DNA of 64,000 nt from NCBI GenBank assembly GCA_020632035.1, contig JACKGG010000005.1, positions 4,855 to 68,854 on the forward strand, given 5' to 3'. Below the pieces are notes generated by a model. The model had not been told where the DNA came from. It was given only the letters and a program-made list of their open reading frames with translations, and searched no databases. The translations under genes and the position numbers were made by a program. Shown here piece by piece: positions 51,901 to 57,431 of the stretch (within the stretch, counting starts at the first letter, position 1; every line of letters begins with the position of its first letter). This stretch comes from Candidatus Nomurabacteria bacterium (GTDB lineage Bacteria; Patescibacteriota; Minisyncoccia; Phycocordibacterales; UBA918).

Positions 51901-54900
51901 AAATGCCACTACAACCAATAATATGGTTATTCAAACGGGTACCTTTACTCTTAATCCTGGACTAACACTGGCTGTCGGTGGCTCGTTTACTAACACCATG
52001 AACGACATAAATACTACCTGGACGGGGACCACTTTAAGTTTATATAGTGGAACAGCCTTTCAAGTAAATACTAAGGCAACAGGTGAGAAATATAACAATA
52101 TCGTTACTGCCAATGATACCCATCCTCGTCTTTGGAACTCTACTACTACCTCAGTAACTACACACGGCATTAGTTCAGTTTATTCGATGGATCACCAGAG
52201 GGTAGATGGAAGTCTTTATATTTTCGGTGATTATGTAAATGAAGGATATAACGATTATTGGAATTATGCAGAAGATTTTGACGGTGCTGTCTTAGGAACA
52301 AAGCGACAAGCCAAAGTTCGAGTTGAGGCTGGTGGATCAATAAAGTATCCAAGTGGTTCATTATATATTGTGGGTTCTTCCACGGCTTCAACTACTGTTT
52401 CTGTGCAGACTGCTGGCACTTATCAATTATTGATTGGTGGAGATACTGATGTAGAAATGAATCATTATGTGATACGTGACACTACTGCTGACGGCCTAAT
52501 CTTCACTGGAGCGCCAGATATCATTGATTTGTCTTACGGTGATCTTGAAGTTCAGATTGCTGAAGGGACAGCAATGACTGTAGGTGGAACAGTAATCAAT
52601 GCTAATCCCGCAATGGAATTCAATCGAGTAGGATTAGCTACGACTACAGCGATTAATGCCTACAATGTCACAGCGACTGGTACTAGTGCCAGTGCTTGGC
52701 GGTTTGTGAATGTAGTTGGAAACCTCGGTGGAGAAGCTAAAGACGTTGATCCGGGCGGAGACCCAGGTTACGTAACCTGGCAAGATTCAGCTGCGATCAT
52801 CAATATTTCCGGTACTGTTTATAGTGACGAAGCATCAAATGTATCCGCCGCTTGTGACAGCACAACCGGTAATATTTACTTAAGTATTAATGGAACAACT
52901 TTTGCTACCACAACCTGTAACGGGGATGGTCTCGGAGGAGGAACAGGAGCCTACACCTTTACTGGCATTAATTATGGACTTGGCAACACCCTGACAGTCT
53001 ATATAAACAACGAGGCAGAAAAAGCTGTTACAGTGACTCAAGATCCGATTTCTTCAATAACAAATCTAGATTTGTATGAAAATAGAGTCGTTGTGCGACA
53101 CGAGAGTGGGGCCGCCATGACTATTGCAGATATGGGAACCTGGGATAGTGATGATGATCCAGATGTACTTTTTGATGTAGAAACAGTAGGCGCAGATACT
53201 TTAACTCTACCAGCTGATACTAAACTAATAGTCACTAGTAACAAGAAGTTCACACCTGCTGGAAGCATCATAGTGCCGGGAGGAGGAAGTGGTTCAACTT
53301 ATGACGGTACGGTTGAGCTAAAAGCTGGAGCAATATTTACTGGAGGTAGCAATCAGTCACATGTCATTGGTGGAAGTCTGATTTCAGGTGCTGGAGCATC
53401 GTTTGTCTCTGGACAATCTACCACTACCTTTACCTCTGTGGTGACTGGACGCACGATCGACACTAATGAAGCTGGTTTCTATAATTTGACTTTAAACGGT
53501 GCTGGAGACTGGACAGTTTCAGATACAGAATTAAGCATTGGCAACGACTTAGTAATTACTTCAGGAGATCTAACTTTGCCGGCTGCCACCACAACCATAT
53601 CGGGATCGTTGGAAAACACTGGAGGAACCTTTGATAATAATGGGGGAATTCTTTTGTTTGATTCTGGTAGCGGAGGGAACACTGTTGAGCTTGGTGGTTC
53701 AGATGCAAATCGAATTGAGTTTAGTGGGGCAGGCAGTTGGTCATTCGCAGACGTAAATGCAACGGCCACCGATTCATTTATTGTTGATACTGGTACAGTT
53801 ACGCTACCGTCTGGTACTCTAACTATAGGAGAAGATTTTATAGTAACCGACACAGTAGCTCACGCTGGCGGAACAGTTAAACTAATTGCTACTGATGCTG
53901 GTAACTTTATTACATTATCTGGAAATGATTTGGCTGATTTGCGTGTGGTGGCTGGTGCAGGTGATTACACCCTTACTGACGCATCGGCTGCCCTAACTGG
54001 TAATCTGTTTATTGAAAGTGGAACGTTTAAATCCGGAGCAGGGACTCTATCTATTGCTGGATCCTTCGATGCGACTGGCGGTGTTTTCCTAAATAACTCT
54101 GGAACAATATTGTTCAATTCTGGAGATACTGGTGAGTTTGTCGATCCGGGTATAAATAATTTTTATAACCTGCAGTTTGCTGGAGCTGGTGGAGGATGGA
54201 CTATTCTAAATAATGCTACTACAACACATAACTTCACTTTAAGTACTGGTTCTTTATTTACTATGAGTTCTGGGACAGTGCTCTACGTCGGTGGAGTATT
54301 TACCAACACTCTAGGAGGCTCTGCGACTGAGTGGCTCGGTTCAAATATTGTGTTAGATTCTGGTACAGAATATGAAACAAACTTAAAAAATACTCCAGCT
54401 GAGCGCTATAACATATTAACTCTAGGTGAAAATACAGACATAAGTAGTTGGAATTCAAGTGCTACCAGCACATCTATACCATCCAATTCATCTTGGTACT
54501 CACAAGATCATAGTGCTGTCGATGGTAGCTTGTATATTTATGGTGATTATCATATTACTACCACTACAGAATATTGGAGCAGATCAACTGACTTTGATGG
54601 TGTCGCTCTTGGCTCACCAAGAGCAGTCAGTGTTGCGATCGCAAGTAGTTCAGTCATTTATGTAGACGGCGGATCGTTGAACATGGTTGGTGCTACAAAC
54701 GCCACTACTACAGTAACGAACCAGGGAACAGGAAGATACTCTTTCTTTGCTACTAGCGGAACCATCAATGGTAGTTATTACTCATTTAGAAATCTTGATA
54801 CTAGTGGGCTACAGATGATCGGAAACATCAATGTAACGTCATTAAGTAATGGTGATTTTGAGATTGCTCAGGATGATTCAGTAGCTATTACAATCAACTC

Positions 54901-57382
54901 TAATACTGTTAACAATAATGCCTCACTAATTATTACTAGTACTAGATTTGCCGATAATGGTTTTGCTGGTGGGGTAAACGTATCTTTGGACGCAACAACC
55001 ACCAATAGTTGGTTATTTACTGGACAGATTGGAAATATGTGGGGTGAAGGATTTGATATAGACGGAACAGATGATTGTAGTTCGATCCGTTGGGATAATA
55101 GTTCTTGTTTGTTAACAGAGCAAGCAACATATAGATGGAGAAACGATGACGGTGGTGAAGGTGCGCCATCCGGAACTTGGTATAATTCTGACTTCACAGC
55201 TCGTAAAAGGGTGAGAGTTGTTAATGATGATTCGGTAACTTATACAAACGTACCTGTTAAATTTGAGGTTCAGTATGATGCAGATATGCAGGCAGACTTT
55301 GACGACATTAGATTTACGGACGCTACTGGAGTAAATGTTCTTGAGTATTGGCGTGAACGGTATACTAGTGCCACTGATGCAGATTTCTGGGTAAAAATAC
55401 CAACTCTTGCGACTAGTAGCGTAACCGAGATTTACATGTACTACGGAGATGTTAGTACTACAACTACTAGTGAAATTAGCAACATCTTCAATGCTTACGA
55501 TGACTTTGATGATAATAATATAACTGAATATTCAGGTGAAGTTGCAAAATTTGCTACTGCCGGAACTTTTGCATTTGGTGGAGGATACGGTCTCGATTCA
55601 TCACCTAATGCAAACGCAAAAGCACTTGATGGTATTGGAAGAACTGATTTTACTGTTTCTCAGGGTGAGATAATTAGATATATGCAGTATGTAGATACTG
55701 CAGCAGGTAGTGGTGATGAAGTCTGTACACTATTCGGTATGCAATCTCCTGTTACGATAAACCAAAATTATGCTGTCTGTCTTGAACAATTTGGTATCGA
55801 CCGTGTCTCATTGGTAAAAAATGCTCAAAATACTGATTCTTCTGGTACGAAAATTGGTACCACAACTATTACTTACAGTACTGGTTGGTACGAAATTGAA
55901 GTTGATTGGCAGACAAATAATCGCATTGACGTGTCTGTATACAATAACGCTGGTACTTTAGTAGCCACAACTTCAGCCATTGATAGTACTTACACTACAG
56001 GTGGATTTGGTTTCACTTTCTGGGGACAACATGGAGGTTGGGATAGTTTTGTATCATGGCCAAGAACTGAATCAAAACCAACGGTCTACTTTGGTGCTGA
56101 ACAAGTTGATGGTGGTGCTAGTTGGGCTGCGTTGCAGAATACTCCGGTTGGTGGGTTTAATATAAGTCAAACTGCAAGACTTCGAATCGGAATTGAGAAC
56201 ACTGGATTGCCAATAACTAATCAAAACTTCCGACTTGAATTTGCACCAAAGTTGACTGCTCCGAGCTGTCAAGCTGTATCATCTGGATCGTTTGTTCAAG
56301 TGCCAGTCCTAGCTAGTTGTGGTTCATCTGAAATATGTATGACTACTTCGTCATTTACTTCAAACGGAGATACTACTACTGATCACTTAGTAACTGTAAA
56401 CGGTGAGTTTTCCCCTGGAAAAATAGTGGCCAATACAGCAAATCAAACTACTGCTATGGATGTTGATCAGAATAAGTATACAGAACTAGAATACTCTCTA
56501 AAACTTACAGTCAATGCTGTAAATGATGCTTATTGCTTCCGTGTGACTGATGGAGGATCACTACTAGACTCATATGCATCGCTGCCAGAACTGACACTAG
56601 CTTTTGATCCGTTTTTGGATACTCTCACACTAAATAATGGATTCGATATTTCATTGAATCCAGGTGCTACAACTACTGTAATAGCTTCAACTACGGTTAC
56701 TGACTACAATGGTGTCGCAGATTTATTTTCAGCAACTACAACTTTCTATAAAACGTCAGTTGGAGCAGCTTGTACACCGGACAATAACAATTGTTATGTA
56801 GCCTCAGGCACTGCTTGTTCGTTTACTGACTGTACTGCTAACTCATGTACACTTAGTTGTTCAGTAGATATGCAATTCCACGCTGACCCAACAGACTCAG
56901 ATGGTGGAGAACAATGGTTCGCCTTTATGGAGGTTGAAGATTTGTCTGGTGGTAATGACTTTGGTACTTCTCCAGCAGTAGAGTTGCTAACACTAAGGGC
57001 ACTAGATGTTCAAAACTCAATCGGATATGGAACAGTAGACATAAATCAAAACACTGGTTCATACAATCCTGATACAGAGATACTTAACATTGGTAATGAG
57101 TCAATTGATGTACAGATCTCCGGAACAGATATGACGGACGGTGTCACTTCTGTGATTCCAGCTACCCAACAAGTCTTTGCAACAACTACTTTTGATTACT
57201 CTACATGCGTCTCTTGTAACTCGCTTTCTGTGACCGGAACAAATGTAGAGGTAGATTTAACCAAACCAGTAGTAGATGATCCGTTAGTGTCAGATGATAT
57301 CTACTGGGGAATTGAAGTACCTTTCGGAACTGCCAGTAACCCACACAGCGGAGTTAACACGTTTACAGCGATTGCTGATTAG
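33932..57382 (+). CDS. giant secreted protein (7,816 aa) with seven DUF2341-like + LamG/ConA-like modules and a WxL-like C-terminal domain
   Basis: A single uninterrupted frame begins with GTG at 33932. The N-terminal signal anchor is 'FLILAVFVTCALPYVHAQ'. Repeated module starts fall near 36515 (partial), 36725, 37778, 44290, 45893, 47924 and 55190. Each contains ...DFPVY(I/V/L)DLSTLG..FW..V.SDG.DIR(V/I)T...G.TELPY(D/E)LV... and is followed by a LamG_3-like block (VYHF.(D/E)DP...(T/S)GNG...DE(L/F)R(F/I)A). The C-terminal 150 aa is homologous to the C-terminus of the 61694-63598 product. Confidence 0.8.
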   Translation: MNKKQFHNTIKNRIKALFKAPDGRKRVFDVLKFNTKQVPFLILAVFVTCALPYVHAQFYANAVIVRTVNVFPAKITAPGWKNAETLNFQNLDEYALLQEFNSINSATIDKGWSLQPGETKLPADKPEAINTQKNAQSASSLDSSTSTPESEVEVTGASTTTVQFDVIENDVTESAFDEIISSQDTSTQEVIEPEIIIDKDVPDEATTTVMRRVESLFALAVSSVTSFFDSSATTDEQPPKEEVVDSTELENPEVLVNELDFSTLNSSTITTEEVFEENLSPATPNTQEVEIVATSTEVSTEIEAFNTSSETATGIVEETLNIASTTNQPVEKIADQVNQELKLETEDKIECLENCIPYVISLSDFGFPLDEKVEITGAQLRLSFAARKKETRNHIPEFSIRYSLDGAKSWTEAGSVVIDDESSNSVNGGYYLFALPEVVDQEALNNLQVELVYLDNPEVLDNLYVESAWLELFTLETSTDQPLVDFEELLRDDGFDEELLSGDNLVLPDGKELKFEFTDNNKDETLIIKTNEVTYAGLSEATTYFSVTNTSNSSDEFSVKTYFPAGVGEVTSLEVFNQNKPRQAVIPEYRPYVYHCEGGWEYAGEVLPQTLQELSESLSGGGALSPEDSSVTTTPEITEFIESIETKDNSEAVEETNVDFSLPTSTEENVIEFNLPTSSNTTTVLRQLNTLSQLLQFSTVTTNTVDFAQTLDQIDSASSTAVSGEDLVQSYSCRNTNVVRVCDELDGSNTACKMSQVKVQDHQITKYAPGWDTSTIKEGSAPRPSFLRRVAEFIGFGPNRKEIPEDFEVRVHTPDTYAIEPGETKYFKMDISFPPFSRGEYWIEAVGNSEYGLLDPFWSSEWQYRIPVKVSNPTDEPQSEYQVLFELDSSLADFWSNVNSDGSDIRFVQETRLGNLYDSTGPEFGNLFGEAWGGRIALVIASTSVSTGVTDFPVFVDLSTLGSVFWSGVASDGSDIRITKQDGFSELPYDLVEIDAVAQTGELHFLADSLSSVSDNIFHIYFDNSSATAYAPTDPYGSQAVWTNYEAVYHFSDDPTTVTSVITDETGNGQEIEVEGAGLATTTGAMGTALDMIGSAGILRDVGDDWAWIGGDDLVSTGLYYQTTSSGEAIWEFGSSANPNWAAYMPWYSNASTTGRGYLYFGSNQSGTWARDIDVWHHFTTIAPATTGQLHGIYDNAVLELSNTQSTAAPSNLGGLQIGRWTTAGSYNGMIDELRFASNDDAFSSGWVATEHLNQTDPTNFYSTSTSILVGGENVSGWFSTSWDNRVKFTLAQAEDNISDFPVYLDLSTLGDDFFTNVASDGRDIRVTTGDSRTELPFELVSIDTSAKTGELYFKTDLTQDSTTDYYIYYNNSDAAAYSPTATYGSENVWTNGFQAVYHLEESAAGTSNPDVYKDSTSNHYHGDDENASVGKYGLFGKGQQFGLDSSDYLSLPYQAMDGLTDNSVSWWHISSSSDDQTILSGANAVQFNEFWERLDNNNSLIIYSQGGGRTFNLSDTVVNYADNTWQYYLTTSEDAIDEVNAYINGVGDSANPDPLTISALDIDSGGLIVGQDQDALGGGFSTAENFEGFLDELRIASVVRSAAWAAAEYENMANQNSFISVSDSETLTETNFVELDFWIQHFDDTAEEADIWVQVEDLAVGDDTIIYLYYGSPGASTASDEMATFTYSTSTDIFYVVDDHGATSISIQSLVDNNEVSLDGGTPIPLNQGESTIFTSGTFDGDSVISILGPISGTVTGAGNDGGDMLAPISFATSSFAIPTSRSTDQWFVYAPFASTTARIYKGSSGTALGTANIATSTSHTFSVNITNTNQGVDGDGAVVEASSPVLLTHRHTTQGDGMVVYPPTIRDIFGFNNQYMHFSALASNSDPLLSCSAGAGGTLTGITRGDQEADASCTAGGEGSGSAVRASGQAGPIAALSQADGDGNESTIFWPQHEFGTRYAMTNDSAYAAVVCSPRFGATTLEIQDSAGNTVDTGTCTPGATTPGKAFFNNGNGTDGDAVNYVAGHQVVSTNGVPFKVIYEDVKVEQDEKNISGSVQARKFAGEYTTFIFGEQEIANDAEYEQLSFRWYQNNGLLAPATAWALNDTEFVSEGGAIIGAGAVADTDVLRLRMNLRASNATGTENSAAFNLQYAVGTAGQCDLVSDWFDIGEQGSTTAAFSGYDNPSVGDGKTLSTTKLAASTVLGTYEERNHSDFLPNDVPVNGVVEFDWVIEATNVDVNTNYCFRMTRVSGVELVTYTLYPELETVGPPNTPTNVVFFDNEKTNVLTPVLEFYTIDIAGDDVHYRVQIDDDYDFTSVVLDRNSDSHFSEFENLDLPSDKAPFTSGNRIRFTSSSGLSPTTTYWYRVRASDPDGSATSSDWSVPTSFTTDTVITVSEWLQTTTEQFQTNSLSGVTVSGNQVSVSVNPGTMTSTPIDFDDAVVGNAWGEVSWNDTETSGAITIQVQYNNNGNWTLIPDSQITGNSVGISTSPINILSLDTSIYNEIRLVATFTGTTLSLQDWSVKWGLRVETPVQGDLFDNQKVNTTVPHFDFLSNDPQGDDLEYEISFSTDINFILSSSTYNSSTSPGFASQLYTSGDTAVYITQPGDAFTNGLTYWWRTRARDTLGGNSWSSWAEPDSFTVDTGISLSTWFQTTKEQFEQGFTEGTIASTSNSVIMSDDVGEYGTVALTDNNEVTITTQRTYENMVVVASPEYSSTIFTDARTPRVYDKTSNSFKIKVDNYTGGFVGSTAVDYIVMEAGDWTIADGATGFRVLAGTESVTAVQNQPYLNGVGSLITFSPAFSTAPVPLATLASNNDSTWAGIAIDDRVGYLNEVTTSQMGLSLSKSRSLLSHSEAEDVDYIVFAPKIGTNNGVKFRSFNSSDNVDDYPTNGGYGQALGAGFTSTPGVTLTANNGTDGSDGAFIFKNLSGTQSNSSLFLSAHEMGATADAHTQEISSIVAFESSSGMIARQNSGNLSGTFAGEDIVFSDGAGPKFDNFSWSATTPGASTVSVQIQYQVSEGVYALIPNSQIPGNSVGTTTSPIDLTGVDIDLYPVIRAFATLSCNSGNCPSLDDWKLEWSEGVNMSGTLKEYDRLTNVATGTIMAAVNGIPVASSATASSGVWTISNVTAFAGDIVTVWVDGATESEEAVAAFVYDGIGDISGVELFEQHLSISSNEEETVTNTLLGMYDNLASGDEDIFFDVDGSNNLVLCSVGTCSDANIYIGLGNTYIPASTGGVSVSTHDFVNDGFIELDSNTFNVSGSWKNYATSSTDTSVLNMTAATGTESISSTESPLNFHTVSFGSGIGDATFLIPDNLDLSGSLTVASGTLSRDGLMLSVAGNITTGTAGFWLGTGTTTFDGAGSKTWRDDNPVTQIIGDVLIDGASTIVTALTDVGAYDIRIGTNDRLNGSSGNTIFVAGDWKNSGTYSAQNGTVEIINDNRSYPPIVPGSQDWYVDSSFDSRIMLELNHAEVPGDLSDFPLYVDLSTLGNSFWSEVANDGHDIRVTSGDGQTELPYDLVRINTTTKNGELHFLADNVESSTSTYFFIYFNNPTATTYQTYDTYGSEAVWTDYEAVYHFNDDPTAVDNYVLDSTTNQRHLLVEAAALATSTGKLGLGINLIGSTGILRNAGFTWQSGNPLITSGWYKMPAASNESLWQWGTGASPDNLEYRPWYSGVTGLHYFGVTSGATYSQTPRDTTNWVHFTTVGATSTSQDNVVYQNSLEVERITQTVANPYNNGATGLQVGRNGTTNSLQAQLDEFRITTITRNQSWVQAEYNNQHSPTIFYSTTTVQSYTPDLVIDEPTHNISTGGSSFYNLIINDATTSPAFINPSVSVLGTFTVATGTIALPTGTLTVGRSFINNGYFMHNNGEVKFTSTVPATITLNGTQFFNALYNVTFSGTGSWTFSDLNATSSNDVIINNGSVVFPTGVMTIGGTLDVNAGSFNANNGTVKFTSSENEDVTTKGSSFNNVIFGLNDSTVGWYNSDWARRSVITIASTSVAGAVTGFPVYIDLSMLGDEFWSNVQSDGDGIRITSANGKTELPYDLVEFSAGLRTGELHFLAPSLSSISDTNFYLYYDNPEATAYESGDTYGSEAVWVEYEAVYHFNEDPVGGITDASGNGKDLVPTVGTPLTTAGVLGTALDTTPSSVMLEDSDWTWTSGEDLVSSGLYFQSAVDTGALWEWGSSCSTDDCLAYMPWYDSGDRGYNRFGETSGNDFRFTRDNSKWHHFTTNGRATDGEPVQIFEDSILRGSYLQSSTGENPSQTGLQIGRYVTNTYMDIDIDELRFATTTRSQQWITTEYNNLTNVDDFYSTSTELYLEVVPSFTLDEVTTDVNGDVTIYYANLVAPSNNLKIGGSALNVGGSYDPNNATTTFDSNDIGETVEFGDGAFYNLSFNGIGGGWTISTTTVANNTSLVAGADFTLSPGNTLFVGGIFSNAFSAVSTTWTGSTLALSGGDYTVTGRLDSGDDYARLIVSGDSDLVIWNSSVSTSTIRDTSSLYMPDYDTVDGQLRIYGDYTRASGVEYWSYDTDFDGTNLSGGGERPVAVSIGRGSAILFATSTSLEVIGTIGATTTVQAITGIYSLKVNAGTFDGQYASFSNIGPLGLQLSNGTVINNFSNSEFSVAGGRTGITADATTINAQPSAEYVGIIFSTSSANSIYEPAWIDQVVVKIFSGTVNEDLIDYPVYIDLSTLGSSFWSGVQSDGRDIRITTNNGLELPFDLVEINTITKTGELHFLAPLVSSGQDTAFYVHFNNPAATSYLATDEYGANAVWSNYEAVYHFNEDPTLSITDMTGNGRDLYPTVGSMATTSGLLGTALDTTASNARIENVAWTWTPGDDLISSGLYYMSNFDTGALWQFGAGNGSNNGTYLAYLPWYNSATRGYHFFGITSGGDYDFARNNAIWHHFTTIGRAADGATSEFYEDNLLRDSVTQITSSANPSNTGLRIGAYQNSTYLDVDVDELRFATVVPSTNRIDAEHLNFTDPSSFYSTSSAEVLTYNVTADGVPSTFWLFSAGSGNIYGESFDNDDGDPGSIQWDDSNFAVTISGVVYSDDGVTPEGFPVCNGSTEVVTIVLDGVTTYTAPCNPIDGTYRVEGIAYVGEPIITAYIESSATENQTNVTIYDETTGVGTVASNIMTVARPSVVDDSVLVLIAGKDDDINFGTASGWTSVDIQGVNSDDQIAVGIWYKVVSDAGTEPATYDFPIVDGGEEYNYWMGSLLNVDTVTPVDVASTWTKLINSIAPNAPQITTVTNGALVLSAWYVDSEVEVTPPVYGWDDRARNVVGAGLNNLTVSSQLFETAGPTGSSTLTGATLNSDPYVGQFAFRPAANPTATGSMVAAVVTKTPLGNSGSPYEDIELRDTRAGTGLVDFATNITVNRPVVENGDVLVMFIAREDDFSIAGPPGWVAAQERIEGTGNDMYSGIWYKVVTNAGAEPATYDFLNNDTAGTEEYSYWIGSFDGVDTGNVFDTSDSWSNLQNTSTPAAPSITTVTNGSYVLAGWYVIDDASLDMPGAPWTTLADDIQTGSRLLAVAGRSFATAGATGAVTLTNGSTDDVNVGQFALRPAQVSVASKIKDMDLYQNRVIVRHENIDPLTIADMDIFDNGNESDLPFTVTIGSPDQLNVLSGSGLFVWGGKTFAPTGEINLQGNGSTVADGSLNLGTGSTFTSVGTNPITIGGSLYTGTGATFTGASSLVTFTATNAGQQIGSAASSTLTFNSLAFNGVGGNWAVKTPILSQTGISVATGTVSGIANITVDTGSFSGNGTVDMTGGLTTIRRTNTLGGARAWTFNSLTLGNGSTAGVTTPAGIATTSVRSVLTIAAAHFLDANNSLWDLRGNGNAFVETGTLLEDTSTIRFSGITPNVKQTPYYNLTIDTDRGGSVVATAPVTGLQVLNNLRIGAISTSTLNANINDPVLAVGKNLYIGSRGTLEASNVQTLTVNGNWDNDGVFNANGGTVTFSKTGGSATVAAGNSSFAKLNILGTAGYIFTENATTTNNMVIQTGTFTLNPGLTLAVGGSFTNTMNDINTTWTGTTLSLYSGTAFQVNTKATGEKYNNIVTANDTHPRLWNSTTTSVTTHGISSVYSMDHQRVDGSLYIFGDYVNEGYNDYWNYAEDFDGAVLGTKRQAKVRVEAGGSIKYPSGSLYIVGSSTASTTVSVQTAGTYQLLIGGDTDVEMNHYVIRDTTADGLIFTGAPDIIDLSYGDLEVQIAEGTAMTVGGTVINANPAMEFNRVGLATTTAINAYNVTATGTSASAWRFVNVVGNLGGEAKDVDPGGDPGYVTWQDSAAIINISGTVYSDEASNVSAACDSTTGNIYLSINGTTFATTTCNGDGLGGGTGAYTFTGINYGLGNTLTVYINNEAEKAVTVTQDPISSITNLDLYENRVVVRHESGAAMTIADMGTWDSDDDPDVLFDVETVGADTLTLPADTKLIVTSNKKFTPAGSIIVPGGGSGSTYDGTVELKAGAIFTGGSNQSHVIGGSLISGAGASFVSGQSTTTFTSVVTGRTIDTNEAGFYNLTLNGAGDWTVSDTELSIGNDLVITSGDLTLPAATTTISGSLENTGGTFDNNGGILLFDSGSGGNTVELGGSDANRIEFSGAGSWSFADVNATATDSFIVDTGTVTLPSGTLTIGEDFIVTDTVAHAGGTVKLIATDAGNFITLSGNDLADLRVVAGAGDYTLTDASAALTGNLFIESGTFKSGAGTLSIAGSFDATGGVFLNNSGTILFNSGDTGEFVDPGINNFYNLQFAGAGGGWTILNNATTTHNFTLSTGSLFTMSSGTVLYVGGVFTNTLGGSATEWLGSNIVLDSGTEYETNLKNTPAERYNILTLGENTDISSWNSSATSTSIPSNSSWYSQDHSAVDGSLYIYGDYHITTTTEYWSRSTDFDGVALGSPRAVSVAIASSSVIYVDGGSLNMVGATNATTTVTNQGTGRYSFFATSGTINGSYYSFRNLDTSGLQMIGNINVTSLSNGDFEIAQDDSVAITINSNTVNNNASLIITSTRFADNGFAGGVNVSLDATTTNSWLFTGQIGNMWGEGFDIDGTDDCSSIRWDNSSCLLTEQATYRWRNDDGGEGAPSGTWYNSDFTARKRVRVVNDDSVTYTNVPVKFEVQYDADMQADFDDIRFTDATGVNVLEYWRERYTSATDADFWVKIPTLATSSVTEIYMYYGDVSTTTTSEISNIFNAYDDFDDNNITEYSGEVAKFATAGTFAFGGGYGLDSSPNANAKALDGIGRTDFTVSQGEIIRYMQYVDTAAGSGDEVCTLFGMQSPVTINQNYAVCLEQFGIDRVSLVKNAQNTDSSGTKIGTTTITYSTGWYEIEVDWQTNNRIDVSVYNNAGTLVATTSAIDSTYTTGGFGFTFWGQHGGWDSFVSWPRTESKPTVYFGAEQVDGGASWAALQNTPVGGFNISQTARLRIGIENTGLPITNQNFRLEFAPKLTAPSCQAVSSGSFVQVPVLASCGSSEICMTTSSFTSNGDTTTDHLVTVNGEFSPGKIVANTANQTTAMDVDQNKYTELEYSLKLTVNAVNDAYCFRVTDGGSLLDSYASLPELTLAFDPFLDTLTLNNGFDISLNPGATTTVIASTTVTDYNGVADLFSATTTFYKTSVGAACTPDNNNCYVASGTACSFTDCTANSCTLSCSVDMQFHADPTDSDGGEQWFAFMEVEDLSGGNDFGTSPAVELLTLRALDVQNSIGYGTVDINQNTGSYNPDTEILNIGNESIDVQISGTDMTDGVTSVIPATQQVFATTTFDYSTCVSCNSLSVTGTNVEVDLTKPVVDDPLVSDDIYWGIEVPFGTASNPHSGVNTFTAIAD

Positions 57383-57431
57383 TCTTAGTATGTATACTTT
57401 TATCAGAATGTTGCATGCTACACTTAAGGTA

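Noticed and set aside
34766-56272. About 25 short minus-strand and alternate-frame ORFs (60-211 aa) listed by the track inside the giant gene, such as 35713-36189, 42979-43614, 43729-44175, 45613-46035 and 50974-51366
   Set aside because: All lie entirely inside the 23.4-kb + strand frame and have low-complexity, Ser/Thr/Pro-rich translations without starts next to RBS-like sequence. They are shadow ORFs of a long AT-rich coding region.
57294-57431. Track start at 57294 for the Fn3-repeat protein, overlapping the last 89 nt of the giant ORF
   Set aside because: The downstream Met at 57432 has an AAGG 6 nt upstream and begins a canonical signal peptide. The upstream extension 'MISTGELKYLSELPVTHTAELTRLQRLLISLS' is simply the giant gene's C-terminus read in another frame.
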